Positions 51,485 through 64,000 of a DNA stretch of 64,000 bases are shown here, piece after piece. The stretch covers positions 3,472,001 through 3,536,000 of the forward strand of contig JANJGN010000052.1 of the NCBI GenBank assembly GCA_026770705.1, read 5' to 3'. Position 1 is the first letter of the stretch. Each line of letters begins with the position of its first letter. This DNA is from Isurus oxyrinchus (lineage: Eukaryota). A program made the position numbers and the translations under genes. The notes beneath the pieces are model-generated. The model was not told the origin of the DNA. It searched no databases and saw only the letters and a program-made list of their open reading frames with translations.

Positions 51485-51520
51485 CTTGGAGAAGTGACAG
51501 GAGTAAGATTTCCTGACCAT
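51485..51520 (-). pseudogene. Unit D leader exon with 4-nt deletion
   Basis: 36 nt versus 40 nt in B and E, giving a frameshift at the splice. Confidence 0.8.
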
Positions 51521-51970
51521 CGTCCACTCCCAGATATTCCATCCACTTCTCACTCTCAAGCTGTGAAAGAGAAAGGAGTTAATGAGACCTCACCTCTTGT
51601 CCGACAGCTCTCGAGAGATCAGAACTGCTTTTAGACAATGTCTTCACTGACTAATTTGATTCTCTGTGGGATGATAGGTGCTCTGCAGAGAGTTACAAGT
51701 CTTTAAGTAAGACAAACAATGATTGATTTGCATTTCTATAGCACCTTTCACTATCTCAGGGCATCCCAAATCTCATGTCTCTGCAGTTCTCTCATCCCTT
51801 GAGCTAGAAAGATGTTCTGTACAACAGACTTGAGCCTCACACCCTGATCTCAATAATCAGTAGAAATCTTTCAAAGGCATCAATCATTGGAATCTGTCCT
51901 TATAAAGTCACAACATCAACAAAGGACAGTGTTGGTGGTGGAAGTGAATTCCAATCGTTCCGTTACTTAC

Positions 51971-52111
51971 CCAGGACCTGTCCGACTGCTCGCCTGGGGA
52001 GGAACTGCCCACACGCTCTGCTTGGGCTGAATGACCTCTTCCTGTGCTGCTCCCTATTTGTGTTTAATTAAAAAGGGTGCATGTGTCACTGTGAGTCAAA
52101 ATGAGGAAGTG
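51971..52111 (-). promoter_or_regulatory. Unit D non-coding exon 1 and composite AP-1/PU.1 site
   Basis: TGAGTCA at 52092-52098 abutting AAAATGAGGAAGTG at 52098-52111. Confidence 0.62.
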
Positions 52112-52214
52112 CTTGGTACCAAGTGAGAAAGCAACTCTTTGCCTCGCACTGTTAGAAAACTGTTAACCCTTTGCGTGCCAATAATGTGGTTGACGGGCCA
52201 TCGACTGTTCATAT

Positions 52215-53320
52215 GCAACAAGCTCGAGGGTTTGAATGGGCCTCCTCCTGTTCCTGTGTGACAGGCTCGAGGGGTCTAAATGGGCCTCCTCCTGTTCCTG
52301 TGTAACAGGCTCAAGAGGCTGAATGGATCTCCTTGTTTTCCTGTGTTACAGGTTAGATGGTCTGAATGGGCCGCCTCCTGTTCCTGTGTAACAGGTTCAA
52401 GAGGACAGAATGGGCCTCCTCCTGTTCCTGTGTAACAGCATCATGGGGCTGAATGGGCCTCCACCTGTTCCTATCTAACAGGCTTGAGTGGCTGAATGTG
52501 CCTCCTCCTGTTCCTGTGTAACAGGCTTGATGGGGCTAAATGGAGCCCCTAATGTTCCTGTGTAACAAGCTTGTGGAGGCTGAATGGGTCTCCTGTACCT
52601 GTGTAACAGGCTCAAGGGGACAGAATGGGCCTCCTCCTTTTCCTGTGTAACAGGCTCGAGGGAACAGAATGGGCCTCCTCCTTTTCCTGTGTAACAGGCA
52701 CGAGGGACTGAATGGGTTTCCTATTCCTGTGTAAGTGGGATGAGAGACTGAATGTCCTCTTCCTTTTCCTGGGTAACAGGCTCGAGGAGCTGAGACTCTC
52801 TCCTGTTCCTGTGGAAGGGTGTTGAGGGACTGAATGTCCTTTTCCTGTTCCTGTATAATAGGCTCAAGAGGCTGATGGGCTTTCTCCTGTCCTCATGTAA
52901 CAGGCTTGAGTGGCTGAATGGTCCTCCTCCTGTTCCTGTGTAACAGGCTTGAGGGAATGAATGGGCCTCCTCCTATTCCTGTGTAACAAGTTCGAGGGGG
53001 CTGAATGGGCCTCCTCCTGTTCCTGTGTAACAGGCTCGAGGGAATGAATGGGCCTCCTTCTGTTCCTGTGTAACAGGTTCGAGGGGGCTGAATGGCCTCC
53101 TGCTGTTCCTGTGTAACAGGATCAAGAGGCTGAATGGGCCTCTTCCTGTTCCTGTGTAACAGGCTCGAGGGGGCTGAATGGGCCTCCTCCTGTTCCTGTG
53201 TAACAGGCTCGAGGGGCTGAATGTGCCTCCTCCTGTTCCTGTGTAACAGGCTTGAGGGGGCTGAATGGCCTCCTGCTGTTCCTGTGTAACAGGATCAAGA
53301 GGCTGAATGTCCTCCTGTCA
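52215..53320. repeat. ~43-bp minisatellite built from the CR1 LINE 3' tail (GTAACAGGCTCGAGGGGCTGAATGGGCCTCCTCCTGTTCCTGT), ~25 copies
   Basis: Unit matches LINE tails at 33715-33760 and 37610-37650. Confidence 0.85.
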
Positions 53321-54652
53321 TTAAAAATAAATACTGCAGATGCTGTAAATCTGAAATAAAAACAGAAAATGCTGCATTAACTCAGCAGGTCTGGTAGCAG
53401 CTGTGGAGAGAGAAACAGACTTCTTGCTTATAGACTCTGAACAAGGGTCATAAGGACACAAAATGCTAATTCTGTTTATCTCTGCACAGATGCTGCCAGA
53501 CCAACTCAGTTTCTCCAGCATTTTCTGTTTTTGTATCAGGTGCCCTCTTGTTCTTGTGTAGCAGGTTCGAGGGGGCTGAATGGCCTCCTCCTGTTCCTAT
53601 TCAATGGGCAGTCAAAGAATGTCTGATTTTGGACCTCGAACCCAATTCTGTCCTCAGGACATTGACAGAAGGAGAGACCAGTTACAGGTTAATGCCGGAG
53701 GATTATTTATTTTCCCAATCTTTTATCCAAGTATCTCATCAAACACAGAGCAGAACCAGGATCAAGGATGTTGGTCTCTGTGATCTGTAACACATCGCAC
53801 AGTCCACCCATCCACTCAGCCTTCAGGATGGATGCTCATTGTACTCTCCAAGTGTGAAAGACTAAAATTGAGGTTTATTGCAGCTATATCTCATTCTGTT
53901 GTCAAAGCTGTCTCATCCATCCATGACATATTGAAGAAGGTAAACCTGCAACCAATTTTTCACATCATAATTTCCTATGTTCATTGGCAACATCAATGTA
54001 AACATGTCACGCTGAAATGATGTCCTCCCACCAGTGGTGGCACTGTATCACATCTGTTATCCTCTGAGCTGCAGAGAATTTCTCAAATCTCCAATCAAAT
54101 TGTTTCCCTGTTTCCGGGATTGCTGATGGTTTTGCTCTTTAACGATGAAGTGTAAAATCCAAATATATATCTGAAAATACATTTGACTACAAAATGCTGA
54201 GTAAATTTTACCAATCTCCTCTGCTCCAATTATCCACCGATCCTGCATTCCCTGAAGTCTACACTGGCTGATGAATATTCTGTAAACACTGACAGACAGG
54301 AAGGTGAATAACAGAATGAAAATTAACTCATAATCACGGACACGGGATTGAATTTGTCCATTCTGTCCTGGTACATCATCGAACGATATCTAAAGACATT
54401 TACAATCAGAATGGAGAGAAGGATGTTTCCAACAGTGAGGGACAAATCTGAAGGAGGATGTTCAAATTGAAACCCACAGACAATCATCCTTGATAGATCA
54501 TTCCGAAGAAATTCCATCAGATTGTAACAAGAGGTTTAAATCTATTTCCTGGGAGTGAGTTCCTGTGGATATTAGGAAGGTAAATTGGAGTTTTGAATGA
54601 TTCTCCCGTTCTGTATTCTCCCCACACTGTGTGTGTCTCATTCTTGCTCAGT

Positions 54653-54769
54653 TTATAAATTCCCATAAACAGAATTCTTGGCAAAATCACAGTTTGCGTA
54701 AAGATCATCATCTGTATCAGGATTGACTCCGCGGTTAGATTTCATTTCCAGATCCTTCTCATCTTTCTT
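54653..54769 (-). pseudogene. Orphan terminal cytoplasmic exon ...DDDLYANCDFAKNSVYGNL*
   Basis: Open 117-nt paralog of 11495-11611 with acceptor intact; no upstream exons, Gypsy remnant begins at ~54879. Confidence 0.68.
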
Positions 54770-54878
54770 CTGTAATAGAAACAGAAATGATCAGAGTGAC
54801 AATCAGAGTGATCAGTGTTTAGTATTATTGATCCTAATCGAAAATTCCACCCACAATACATACATTAAATATTGATAC

Positions 54879-57800
54879 TGTTGGATGCTGCTCACGAGTT
54901 TGTTGGGACTTATGGATCCAGGCTTGTTTTGGAGAGGCTGAGTAGGTACAATAGACAGAGTAGATCAGCAGACAGTTCTTAGATGAAACACATTCTGCTT
55001 ATTTACAAAGGAACTCAGCAGCTACACTTGTGTGCTTTCAACTCAAGCCCTGTCTCCGCATTACAGACTCTAACCAAAGGTGACCGACTACTGAGGTACC
55101 TGCGCCACTCGGCTGTTGGACACTGATATAAGAGTTAAACAGGGACTTCTATTAGTGAAAACCCAAGGTCAGCAGAATTCTCCAGGTGAACCTTGTGCAC
55201 CATGGGGCTGACATCAGCAGAACTCTCCAGAAAGGCCTTGAAGATCACGAGGGATTAACTCGAGAAGAGACATAAAGAGATGCTGAGGGTAAAGAGATAA
55301 GGTAAAGGCAAACAGCACCAGGCTAGAACGAGATAAACAGTTCTTGCTTGGGTAAGGAGCAGATATGTACCTGGGACTGGGAACATCTGCTTATTATGTG
55401 ATTATGTACTGACAAGATTTGAATTTAAATAACCCAATGTGTACGTGACTAACTCTGTGAACAAAAAAGATGGTTTCCCTGTAATGGGTAGAGTTCTGTT
55501 TTTAGCCAGGCCTGAGGTTGATTCTGAGAACACACCACAACACTGAGCTCATGTTATCTTCCATTGTAACCTTCTTCTTAAAGGTACATCACACATCAGA
55601 TTACCACCACCCTCCCCCTTTACTCAGAAATACATTTTACACTTACTTTTACCATTTTCTCAAAGTATCAGATGATTTACACAGATCAGTAATTTACAAA
55701 TTCAGTCTTTCTGGGGGGTTTCCTTATGCGTCTGGAACGTCTCAGATCCACAGCTTCAGATGCTTTGTCAGGAGTCTCCTTTTCTGATGTTGTCCCAACA
55801 CCAGCTTCTTCGGTGGACACCTGCAAACCTGTTTCCTCAACTCTTGCAGGTACAACGGACCCTTCAGACACATCTGTTCTCAGCTGAGTTCTTTCAACAG
55901 GAGACATAGACGCAGCCGTGAAGACTGGTGGGGTTGTTTCTTGGTACTTTGTTTCTCTCCTCCTTATATGACCCACATGTCTCCATATGACTCGGTCTTC
56001 CACTTTCACATGGTGAGAAAGAGTTCCAATCGCTGCATTTATTTCACCCGGTGACCACATTGGCCCCTCTCTAAAATCCTTCACATATACCGTCTCTCCT
56101 ACGGTCAGCTTCCTGTCATGACTATGCCAGTCATGTCCAGTTTCCTGTCTTCCTGGACTCCTTTCCACCTTCCCGCTGACATTTAGCATGACTGATGTTG
56201 CAAATGTGACGTGAGAAAAAACTTTTTCACACAACTAAGTTCTGGGCCTGGAATGCACGGCCTGGAAGTGTTGTGGAGGCAGGTTCAATCGAGGCATTCA
56301 GGAGGGCATTAGATGGTTATTTGGATAGAGAAAAGGTGCAGGGGCATGGGGAAAGGCAGGGCAATGACACTAGGTCATGATGCTCATTTGGAGAGCTGGG
56401 ACAGACACGATGGGCTGAATGGCCTCCTGCTGTGCCATTAAGACACTGTGATCCTGCAGAGGAGACTCTGAAAGGCAAACCGATTTATTGATACAACCCT
56501 TTGTGTGTATTAATTGTGACAAACTTCTGGGAGGCCTTCTCGAACTCCAATTGTTGATAAGCATGGCTCATATCAGCTCCGTGTAAGCCGTTCCAGTCAA
56601 TTCTTGTCATCTCCACAAACACTTTGGCCAGGCTCAGGTACAGGGACTATTGGTGCTGCCCATTCTGAGGACAGCACAGATTGTATCCCTCCCAGTTTCT
56701 AGAACCTGCCCAATTCAGCATCTGCCTTTTCCCACATTGCATAAGGTACTGGCCGTGCCTTCATAAATCAGAGGGGTAGAGTCTGGATCCACATGAATTT
56801 TTGCTTGCAGCCCCTGGATCTCCCCGAGTTCATCTTGGAAAACTGAGATGTATTTTTGTAGTAGCTCAGGTAGCCCACTGGCTCTCAGTTGGAAGATCTC
56901 AGACCAATCCAGTTTAATATCTTTCAGCCAGTTTCGTCCAAGGAGGCTTGGTCCCTCACCAGCTCCCATCATCAAGGGTCATTTTACTGATTGACTTCCA
57001 TACTGTATAACAACCCTGCTTATGTCTTTGGCTTGAATGTCTTCTCCCGTGTGAGTTTTCAATTAGTCATCTGTTTCTTCCAAATTTAATTGACTTTCCC
57101 CATGATTCCAGTATTTGAAAGTATGCTCCCCAATTAGCGTAATGTTAGCTCCTGTGTCCACCCCCATTCTGAGAGCTCTATCATTCACCCTCACTGTTAC
57201 ATAGATTGGCTCTGTTCTTCCTACCTTTAAATTATACAATGAATAACTATCTGAATCTGTTACTTCAGGCTCTTCTATGTTATGGATCTCACAGGGTTTT
57301 CTCTCTTGGTTGAAACTCTGCCTGATTCTATCCTTGCAATCTCTCATGGGCTCTCTGTTTCGATGACAGTAAAAACAATTGATTTTTTTAAAGTTCCATT
57401 CACTACGAGGTTGTCTGCTTCACCTCTGTTCACATTATTCCATGTTTTCTCTGCTAAGTCATTCCTTTTTATTTGCTGCTAGTGGTGGAGGTTTCCCGTT
57501 TCTCATCAGAGCTGTACATTTTCCCGCACTTCTTGGCTGAGGCTCCTCACCCAACATGAGGACGGTGACATTTTGCACTATCCATATGTTTTTCGAGTCC
57601 CTCACTGCTCTTTCCATAGCCAGCACTATTCCCAGCACCTTCTGAATATCCAAATCTGTTTCAGACAGTAATCTCTTCTGAATCGCATCTTCATTTATAC
57701 TGCACACCAGTTGATCTCTCAGCATATTATTTATAGATTTACCAAACTCACAATGTCCTATTAACTCTTTCAGACTTTCCACATAACATGCAGCTGCCTC

Positions 57801-58260
57801 CCCTGGGACTCTATTTCTTGAGTTAAATTTGGACCGTTGCATCGTTACCGAGGGCTGGGGCTGGGAAGGAATCTTCACAAGGTTCACTATATCATCTAAA
57901 CTTTTTGAATCCATGGCACCGGGTGACATTAAAGTTCGCATCAATCCCTAAATCTTACTCCCACACGTGGATAAGAGGGTCGCTCGCCTCTTCTCCTCCC
58001 CATCAATGTCATTCACTTGGAAAAAGAACGCGAGGAGTTCACCATAATGAGACCAATCGCCCACCGTTGGGTCGAAAGGATCAACTCTTCCAAACTGCAG
58101 CATTCTTCGAGGGGACTGCTTCGGTTATTAGGATGGAAATTATATTTATAATCGTTGCGTGAGGCACAGCCGGATTTCGGTTCCCTTGCTCTCATTCCTT
58201 GCTTTTTCTTCCTTGTTATTCACCTCATCGCCAGTTTATTCAACCCTTGTCACTACTTTA
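54879..58260 (-). mobile_element. Second-family Gypsy remnant: PBS, gag, protease, RT start, integrase C-terminus, PPT, 3' LTR
   Basis: PBS-like TGGCGATGAGG at 58223-58233; HCEFG...MLRDQLVC; VDTGA; GPSLLGRNWL; VGETVYVKDF...WRHVGHIRRR; purine tract at ~55610-55625. Confidence 0.85.
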
Positions 58261-58264
58261 GTTT

Positions 58265-58570
58265 GCACTCCCTCGGTACTGAGCCTGCGACAGTGCAGCA
58301 TTCCCTGGGTACGGACCCTCCGACTGTGCAGTGGTCCCTTAGTCATGAGCCCCTGATAGTGCAGCAGCCCCTAAGTACTGATGCTCGAAAAGTGTAGCGC
58401 TCCCTCAGCATTGACCATCTGACAGTGCAGCACTCCTTCAGCACTGGCACACCCAGAGTGCAACACTCGCAGTACAGACCCTCCGACAGTGCAGCACTAA
58501 GTCAGTGCTGACCGTCCAACAGTGCAGCACTCCCTCAGCACTGACCCTCCGACTGTGCAGGACTCTCAGT
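58265..58570. repeat. Degenerate 33-bp minisatellite
   Basis: CAGTGCAGCACTCCCTCAG units. Confidence 0.7.
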
Positions 58571-58789
58571 CCTGACACCGAGTGCCGGTCTGAATTTTGC
58601 CAAATGAATTTCGAACTGACGACCTTCTCACTCAGAGAGAGAGAGGGTTCGAAATCCAGTGACACACAGGAGAAATTCCTGGTCAATGACTTTCCACTTT
58701 TGAGCAGAAATATCATCACAAGTCCAGAACGTCAAGGGTTAACAGCTTCAAAAAACTCAAAACACGAGCTGTTCTGTCACTTTGATCCA

Positions 58790-58929
58790 ACTTCCTCATT
58801 TTGTCTCACAGAGACACATCAACCCTTTCTCATTAAATACACAGAGGGAGCAGCACAGGAAGAGGTCATTCAGCCCAGGCAGAGCGTGTGGGCAGTTCCT
58901 CCCCAGGCGAGCAGTCGGACAGGTCCTGG
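58790..58929 (+). promoter_or_regulatory. Unit E (inverted) PU.1 site and non-coding exon 1
   Basis: ACTTCCTCATTTT at 58790-58802; CTGG|GTAAGT donor after 58929. Confidence 0.62.
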
Positions 58930-59379
58930 GTAAGTAATGGAACGATTGGAATTCACTTCCACGACCAACACAGTCCTTTGTTGATGTTGTGACTTTATAA
59001 AGACAAATTCCAATGATTGATGCCTTTGAAAGATTTCTACTGATTATTGAGATCTGGGTGTGAGGCTCAAGTCTGTTGTACAGAACATCTTTCTAGCTCA
59101 AGGGATGAGGGAAGAGCAGAGACATGAGCTTTGGGACATCCTGAGGTGCTGAAATACGATATAGAAATGCAAGTCCTTCATTGATTTATTTTTTTAAAGC
59201 TTTTTAACTCTCTGCAGAGCACCTATCATCCCACAGAGAACCAAATTAGTCTGTGTAGACAATGTGTAAAAGCAGTTCTGATCTCTCGAGAGCTGTCGGA
59301 CAAGAGGTGAGGTCTCATTAACTCCTTTCTCTTTCACAGTTTGAGAGTCAGAAGCTAAAGGAATATCTGGGAGTGGACA

Positions 59380-59419
59380 ATGATCGGGAAATCCTACTTC
59401 CTCCTGTCACTTCTCCAAG
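59380..59419 (+). CDS. Unit E leader exon, intact (MIGKSYFLLSLLQ)
   Basis: TTTCACAG acceptor (exon starts 59340), ACAATG start, CAAG|GTAATA donor; V exon predicted beyond the right edge. Confidence 0.82.
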
Positions 59420-60589
59420 GTAATATCATCGTCAACTTGGACAGACTTATGGCTAATAGTCTTTGTAAAAGATCATTCTTATTGAGCTGTGATAGGGAAC
59501 TGATTCAGCAGTGAGCCAGTGTACAAACTCACACCAAGTCCCATTCACCCATCACCCCTGTGCTCACTGATATACACTGACTCCCTGTCTGACAGCAGAA
59601 CTGCAGGACAGCAGAGACCTCAAAGGGTTTCAGGGCTGGAGGAGGTGACAGTGATAGGGAGTGGAGAGGGAGGATGGAGGGATAAGGAATCAATGAAGAG
59701 ATTTTGAAAATTGAGTCATTGCTGGACTGGGAGCCAGTGTAGGTCAGCGAGTGACAGGGGAGCGATCGGCTGAATAGAGAAGCAGGGATAAAAACTGGGG
59801 GATGAAGTCTATCCTGATGCAAGCACTCCGATATCAATGCCCTGAAATGTTTCTCTCTTGCTGATTTTCATCAGAATTTCCCATGAAGACAACACAGAAG
59901 CTCTTAGATTAGACAGGCAGTTCAGCGTCACACTTCCTGTCCATTCTCACCATGCTAGAAAATTCGATAAGATAGCAAGATAACTGATAGAGAGAAGGGA
60001 GGCAAAGCTGTCTGTATGTAAAACTGTCAAATATTCTGAGTTATCATGATTGTTTCTGATCTGCTGCAGAGTTTATATTTCATTGAAACTTATCACTTTG
60101 CAGCTCAGAGAGAGACCATTGACTCACTGCCTGAAAGGGCGGTGGAAGCAGATTCAACAGGAACTTTCAGAAGGGGAACTGGATAAATACTTGAAGGGGA
60201 AATTTTGCAGGGTTGTGGAGGAAAGAGCAGAGGTGAGAGTGGGAATAATTGGACAGATCTTTCAACGGCCCAGCACAGGCTCGATGGGCCAAATGTCTTC
60301 CTTCTGTTCCGGATCATTCTACAATCCGATAAATTTAATCCCTTTTCAATAACTCTCCAGGCTCCTGCTGCAGGAATGGATCTTTCAGAAGGGCAGGGAG
60401 CAAGCGGTTTCTCATATCATGTTCATATTTATTGACAATTACATAAGTGCATGGAACTGTTGAATATTTGAGTCTCTAAAGTGTGGATTTAACCTTCTGG
60501 TACACCCAGATCTTGTGCTGGTTACCTTGTCTGGAGGTGTCTTTAACTGCTCACAGTGATCTGTGGGATTGTCACCCTTGGATGTTGTT

Positions 60590-63500
60590 CCTGATTTCAT
60601 GTGGGATCTTCTCCTCGATGGAATAGGAGCGGGAATGGATCTGATTTATCCTCAGTTCCGCCTCACCGCTGTGCCCTTGTGTGTTTGACTCCATAGGCCC
60701 TTGGTTCTGAACAAATCCTTGTCACCTCGGCTGGTGATCATGAACCTTCTGTGGGATCCTGGATGTGAACTTGTCCCAACTGTAAACTTGGCAACTGTGC
60801 ACCTCCATTTTTATCATGAACATTCCTTATCTTCTCTTGTAGTTTTAAAAGTTGCCCTCTGGTTTCTGAGAGAGTAGAATGGGTAAGAATAGCGAAATTG
60901 GTCACTACTGGCCCACCAAACATGATCTCTGTCAGTGATGCAATAAGGTGAGGTGATGGTGTAGTGGTATTGTTGCTGGACGAGTAATTCAGAGACCCAG
61001 GGTAATGTCCTGAAAATATGAGTTCAAATCCTGTCATAATAGATGATGGAATTTGAATTTAATAAAAAGATGAAATTCAAAGTCTAGTGATGACCACAAA
61101 ACCATTGTTGGAAATCCCACCTGGTTCACCAGTGCCCTTTAGGGAACAAAATTGCCTGGCCGACATGTGACTCCAGACTCCACGTCAATGTGGTTGACTC
61201 TTACATTAGGGATGGGTAATAAATCCTGGCCTGACCAGTGACTCCCACATCCCATGAATGAATTTAACAAAGTTGCAGTTGTAGGTGTTGATCTCAGATG
61301 TAACATTGCAATGTGTGGATCTTGCTTGGTCTGTCTACATTTGAGAATTAGGGATTTCACTGGTGTGAATCATTCATTCAGCTAGGCCGTTAGATCTGGG
61401 GTAATGAGGAGAAGAAGTTGTGTGATTGATATTCCAGATTATATGTACTCATGTCCCTAGGCTCACCAAATAAACTGAAAATAGTGCTTAGAATGTGTGC
61501 ACCAGTAGTGCTCGGTGTGTTGTGTTATTTTTGAATAACGGGATATCTGGTAAAGCTGTCGACGATGACGATGAAGTCAGTGACATGGACATGAAAGGAT
61601 TCAGATGTGAATTTGGACTAAGAATAGGCAGGAATTTCCTGTGGAATCAGTGGTTCTTTGTGTTGACTTGGCTCATCCTCTTGACAAGCCTCAATCTTCC
61701 CTACAACGACTTCAAGGTCATTGTTCATACCCGGCCAGTGACTGTATCTCTTGTGAGTCTCCCTGTCTGATCTGTGCCCATGTGTGAGGGATGAAGTTGT
61801 TGAAGAATATATCATCACAAAGGTTCCGGTATGATGCGATGCCTGCCATTAAAAATGACTCCCTGGGAGATGCCTCACTTATCCTGATGACGTCAAGTTG
61901 AATCAGCCACCCTTTCAATGATATTTCCACAGTTCCTGTAGAATTTTTCACTGTTCCCTCTTGTAGCTGCTGGCATTTCTGTTGTGCTAAATGTACTGGA
62001 TCAATTGACAGACTTGCATTCTCCTGCAGGTGTAATGTTGCAGCTCCCTTGAAACTACAAATACTGTTGAAACTTTCTGCATATTTCAATGTTATGTCCA
62101 TGAACTGAGTTGATGGGGTAGTTTCTGAGGTTGACCCATGTCAGGTCTGACAGATTCCATGGATAGTCACTAGTGTGAGGTCACCGCATGCCGGTAGACT
62201 TGCAATTGCTCAGCCTTTAGTCTCCACAATGTAGAACATCTGTGACACCCAGGAGGATTGATTGTACTTGCACCCCAGGACTATGTATTCCGCACATGGA
62301 GTTGGTGAAGTGTTGTGCACAGCAGTAGGTTTCCCCATGGACTTCCATGTCCTTGGATATATGTCTTTGAAAATTTGCTGGGGTGGGCTGGGGGAGGGGA
62401 ATGTTGGCACTTGCCCTTGTGTCACTCTTGGCCAATAAAGGGGAGGTAGCCACTTTCTCAGGGCAGATAATTGGAATCTTGGCCAATAGTGCGGGTGATG
62501 TGACAGCATCTGTTCTCCGTGAGATCGATGGTGTAAAAGGTGTGAAATTGTTCAACAATTGCACAAAACGTTGAGCACAAATGTTGCACAAACTCTAGGC
62601 CGGGGTTTTCCGGCCCGGTCATGGTGGGACCTGCCTTGGGAGATTGGGACAAATATAAATCCATTGGCTTTCGGCCGGACCGGACAATCCTGGCAGTGGG
62701 TGGGGCCAGAAAATCCTACCACTATGGGACATTTTCAGTTTATTTGATGTGCCCAGAGAGATCACTATGGACAACAATCCACAATTTATTGACAAGCCAC
62801 GACAGGATATGTGTGAGAGGTGGAATATCGATCACCGCACCTCGTCTCGCCGTGCACATCATCGCCATTTCCTGGTTTGTCAGTCACCACATGTATATGT
62901 TCCTGATGGGATAGTGGATGGTCATTCTTATTGATTGAAGGTTCCCCGTTGTGTAGGGTCTGTTTGGATCAGCGCACGGCTCTTTGCAGCTGCATCAGCC
63001 TTTGCTCTAGTGCTCTGCCGCTGTCACTGGCCCTTTCTGCCACAAGCCTTGCAGGATTGGTGGAAAGCTGGGCATTTCCTTGGTGCCTGCAGAAGGCCAC
63101 ACCTTCCACACGTCTCACTAGGTTTGGATGTTCTAGTGAGTGTGTCAACAATTGATGTTGTACTGAGGACCTGTAAGCTTCGTTGACCTGCGAGGATCAC
63201 TTCGTATTTATGTCCATCCTTGAGTAGCTCTTCAATGCTATAGGTTTTGGTCTTATCTAGCAGATCTTTCTGGAAGGCTTCCATGGGAGTGGATGCGATC
63301 ACCAACTCAACAACTGTGTCTGCAGGCTCTGTGTTTGAAATCACAGTGCGTACCCTTTTCTCTACATCGGCTGATGAAGTGGTCTATGGATTGTGTAGGC
63401 TGATGAAATGACATAAACTCTAGTTGATGAATATGGAGTTTCACCTGATTCTGAACCTGTCTTCCAATATCGTCCATATCTATTGGGGATCCTTTCGCTC

Positions 63501-64000
63501 TTCTGCTGTTAATCCTGACGTGTTCAGCCTGTGTAGACCTTCATTCCCAATCACGAGGTGAATTTTTATGGCTTGTTCGTCTGGTTCAGTCACACCTGAA
63601 TCAGGAAACCAGAGCTCTGTACGCTGTTTAAACATTCTGAATTCAGATAGTCGGTCAGCTACATCCCAGTTCAAACTGGGGAATTTCATGGACATTCTGA
63701 CAATATTCCTTTGACCTTCCTTCTCCTACAGGACCTGGGATGAGTGTCGCTTTAGCCCCTTTCGTGCGCTTTTCCGAAGCTCCGCCCACAAAGATGGGTT
63801 GTGGCAGGAACACACCACGGAGTAATGGAGTCTTTGTTTTTTATTCAATTTGCTGTTCAGCAATCTCGAAGCCGTCCGTTATAATCACTAACTTCTCTGG
63901 GCTGATTTTTATAATGGTTTTTGTGTGTTTGACTCTCCCTCGCTCACTATCGATCCAGCCCACACCCGGGTCCCTCGCCTTCCCTGACTGAGCTAACCCG
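60590..64000 (-). mobile_element. Gypsy remnant (gag, protease region, integrase pieces), fuller copy of the 4180-5655 element
   Basis: Same gag ORFs inverted; PHIAMLHLRST, HWPGMNNDLE and QHKEPLIPQEIP integrase-like motifs. Confidence 0.8.

Overview
Vertebrate genomic DNA, most likely shark/ray given the repeat content (CR1/L2 LINEs, Deu-SINE-derived 33-bp arrays, Gypsy remnants). The window holds a rapidly turning-over cluster of Siglec-like (CD33/CD22/MAG-type) Ig-superfamily receptor genes. Most exons were rebuilt by hand from GT-AG sites and phase; many are not visible as such in the ORF track. Four units lie on the minus strand. A (7.7 kb to beyond the left edge): leader donor is mutated. 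B (24.5-14.8 kb): intact L-V-C2-Ig-Ig-TM. C (40.8-29.9 kb): V-V-C2-TM with an ITIM/ITSM-type tail, no leader. D (52.1-47.0 kb): pseudogenised ectodomain joined to an intact Arg-containing activating-type TM exon. Unit E is an inverted promoter/leader on the plus strand (58.8 kb onward) whose V exon would lie outside the window. Very similar ectodomain exons are thus coupled to three signalling modules: an inhibitory ITIM/ITSM-like tail, a charged TM with a short tail, and separate exons with YxN/ITAM-like motifs. This looks like a paired-receptor system. Two V exons lack the essential sialic-acid-binding Arg and differ almost only at non-synonymous sites. All units share a PU.1/Ets promoter cassette, except C where it was deleted. 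Gene models are inferred without transcript data, and N-masked runs hide some intronic sequence.
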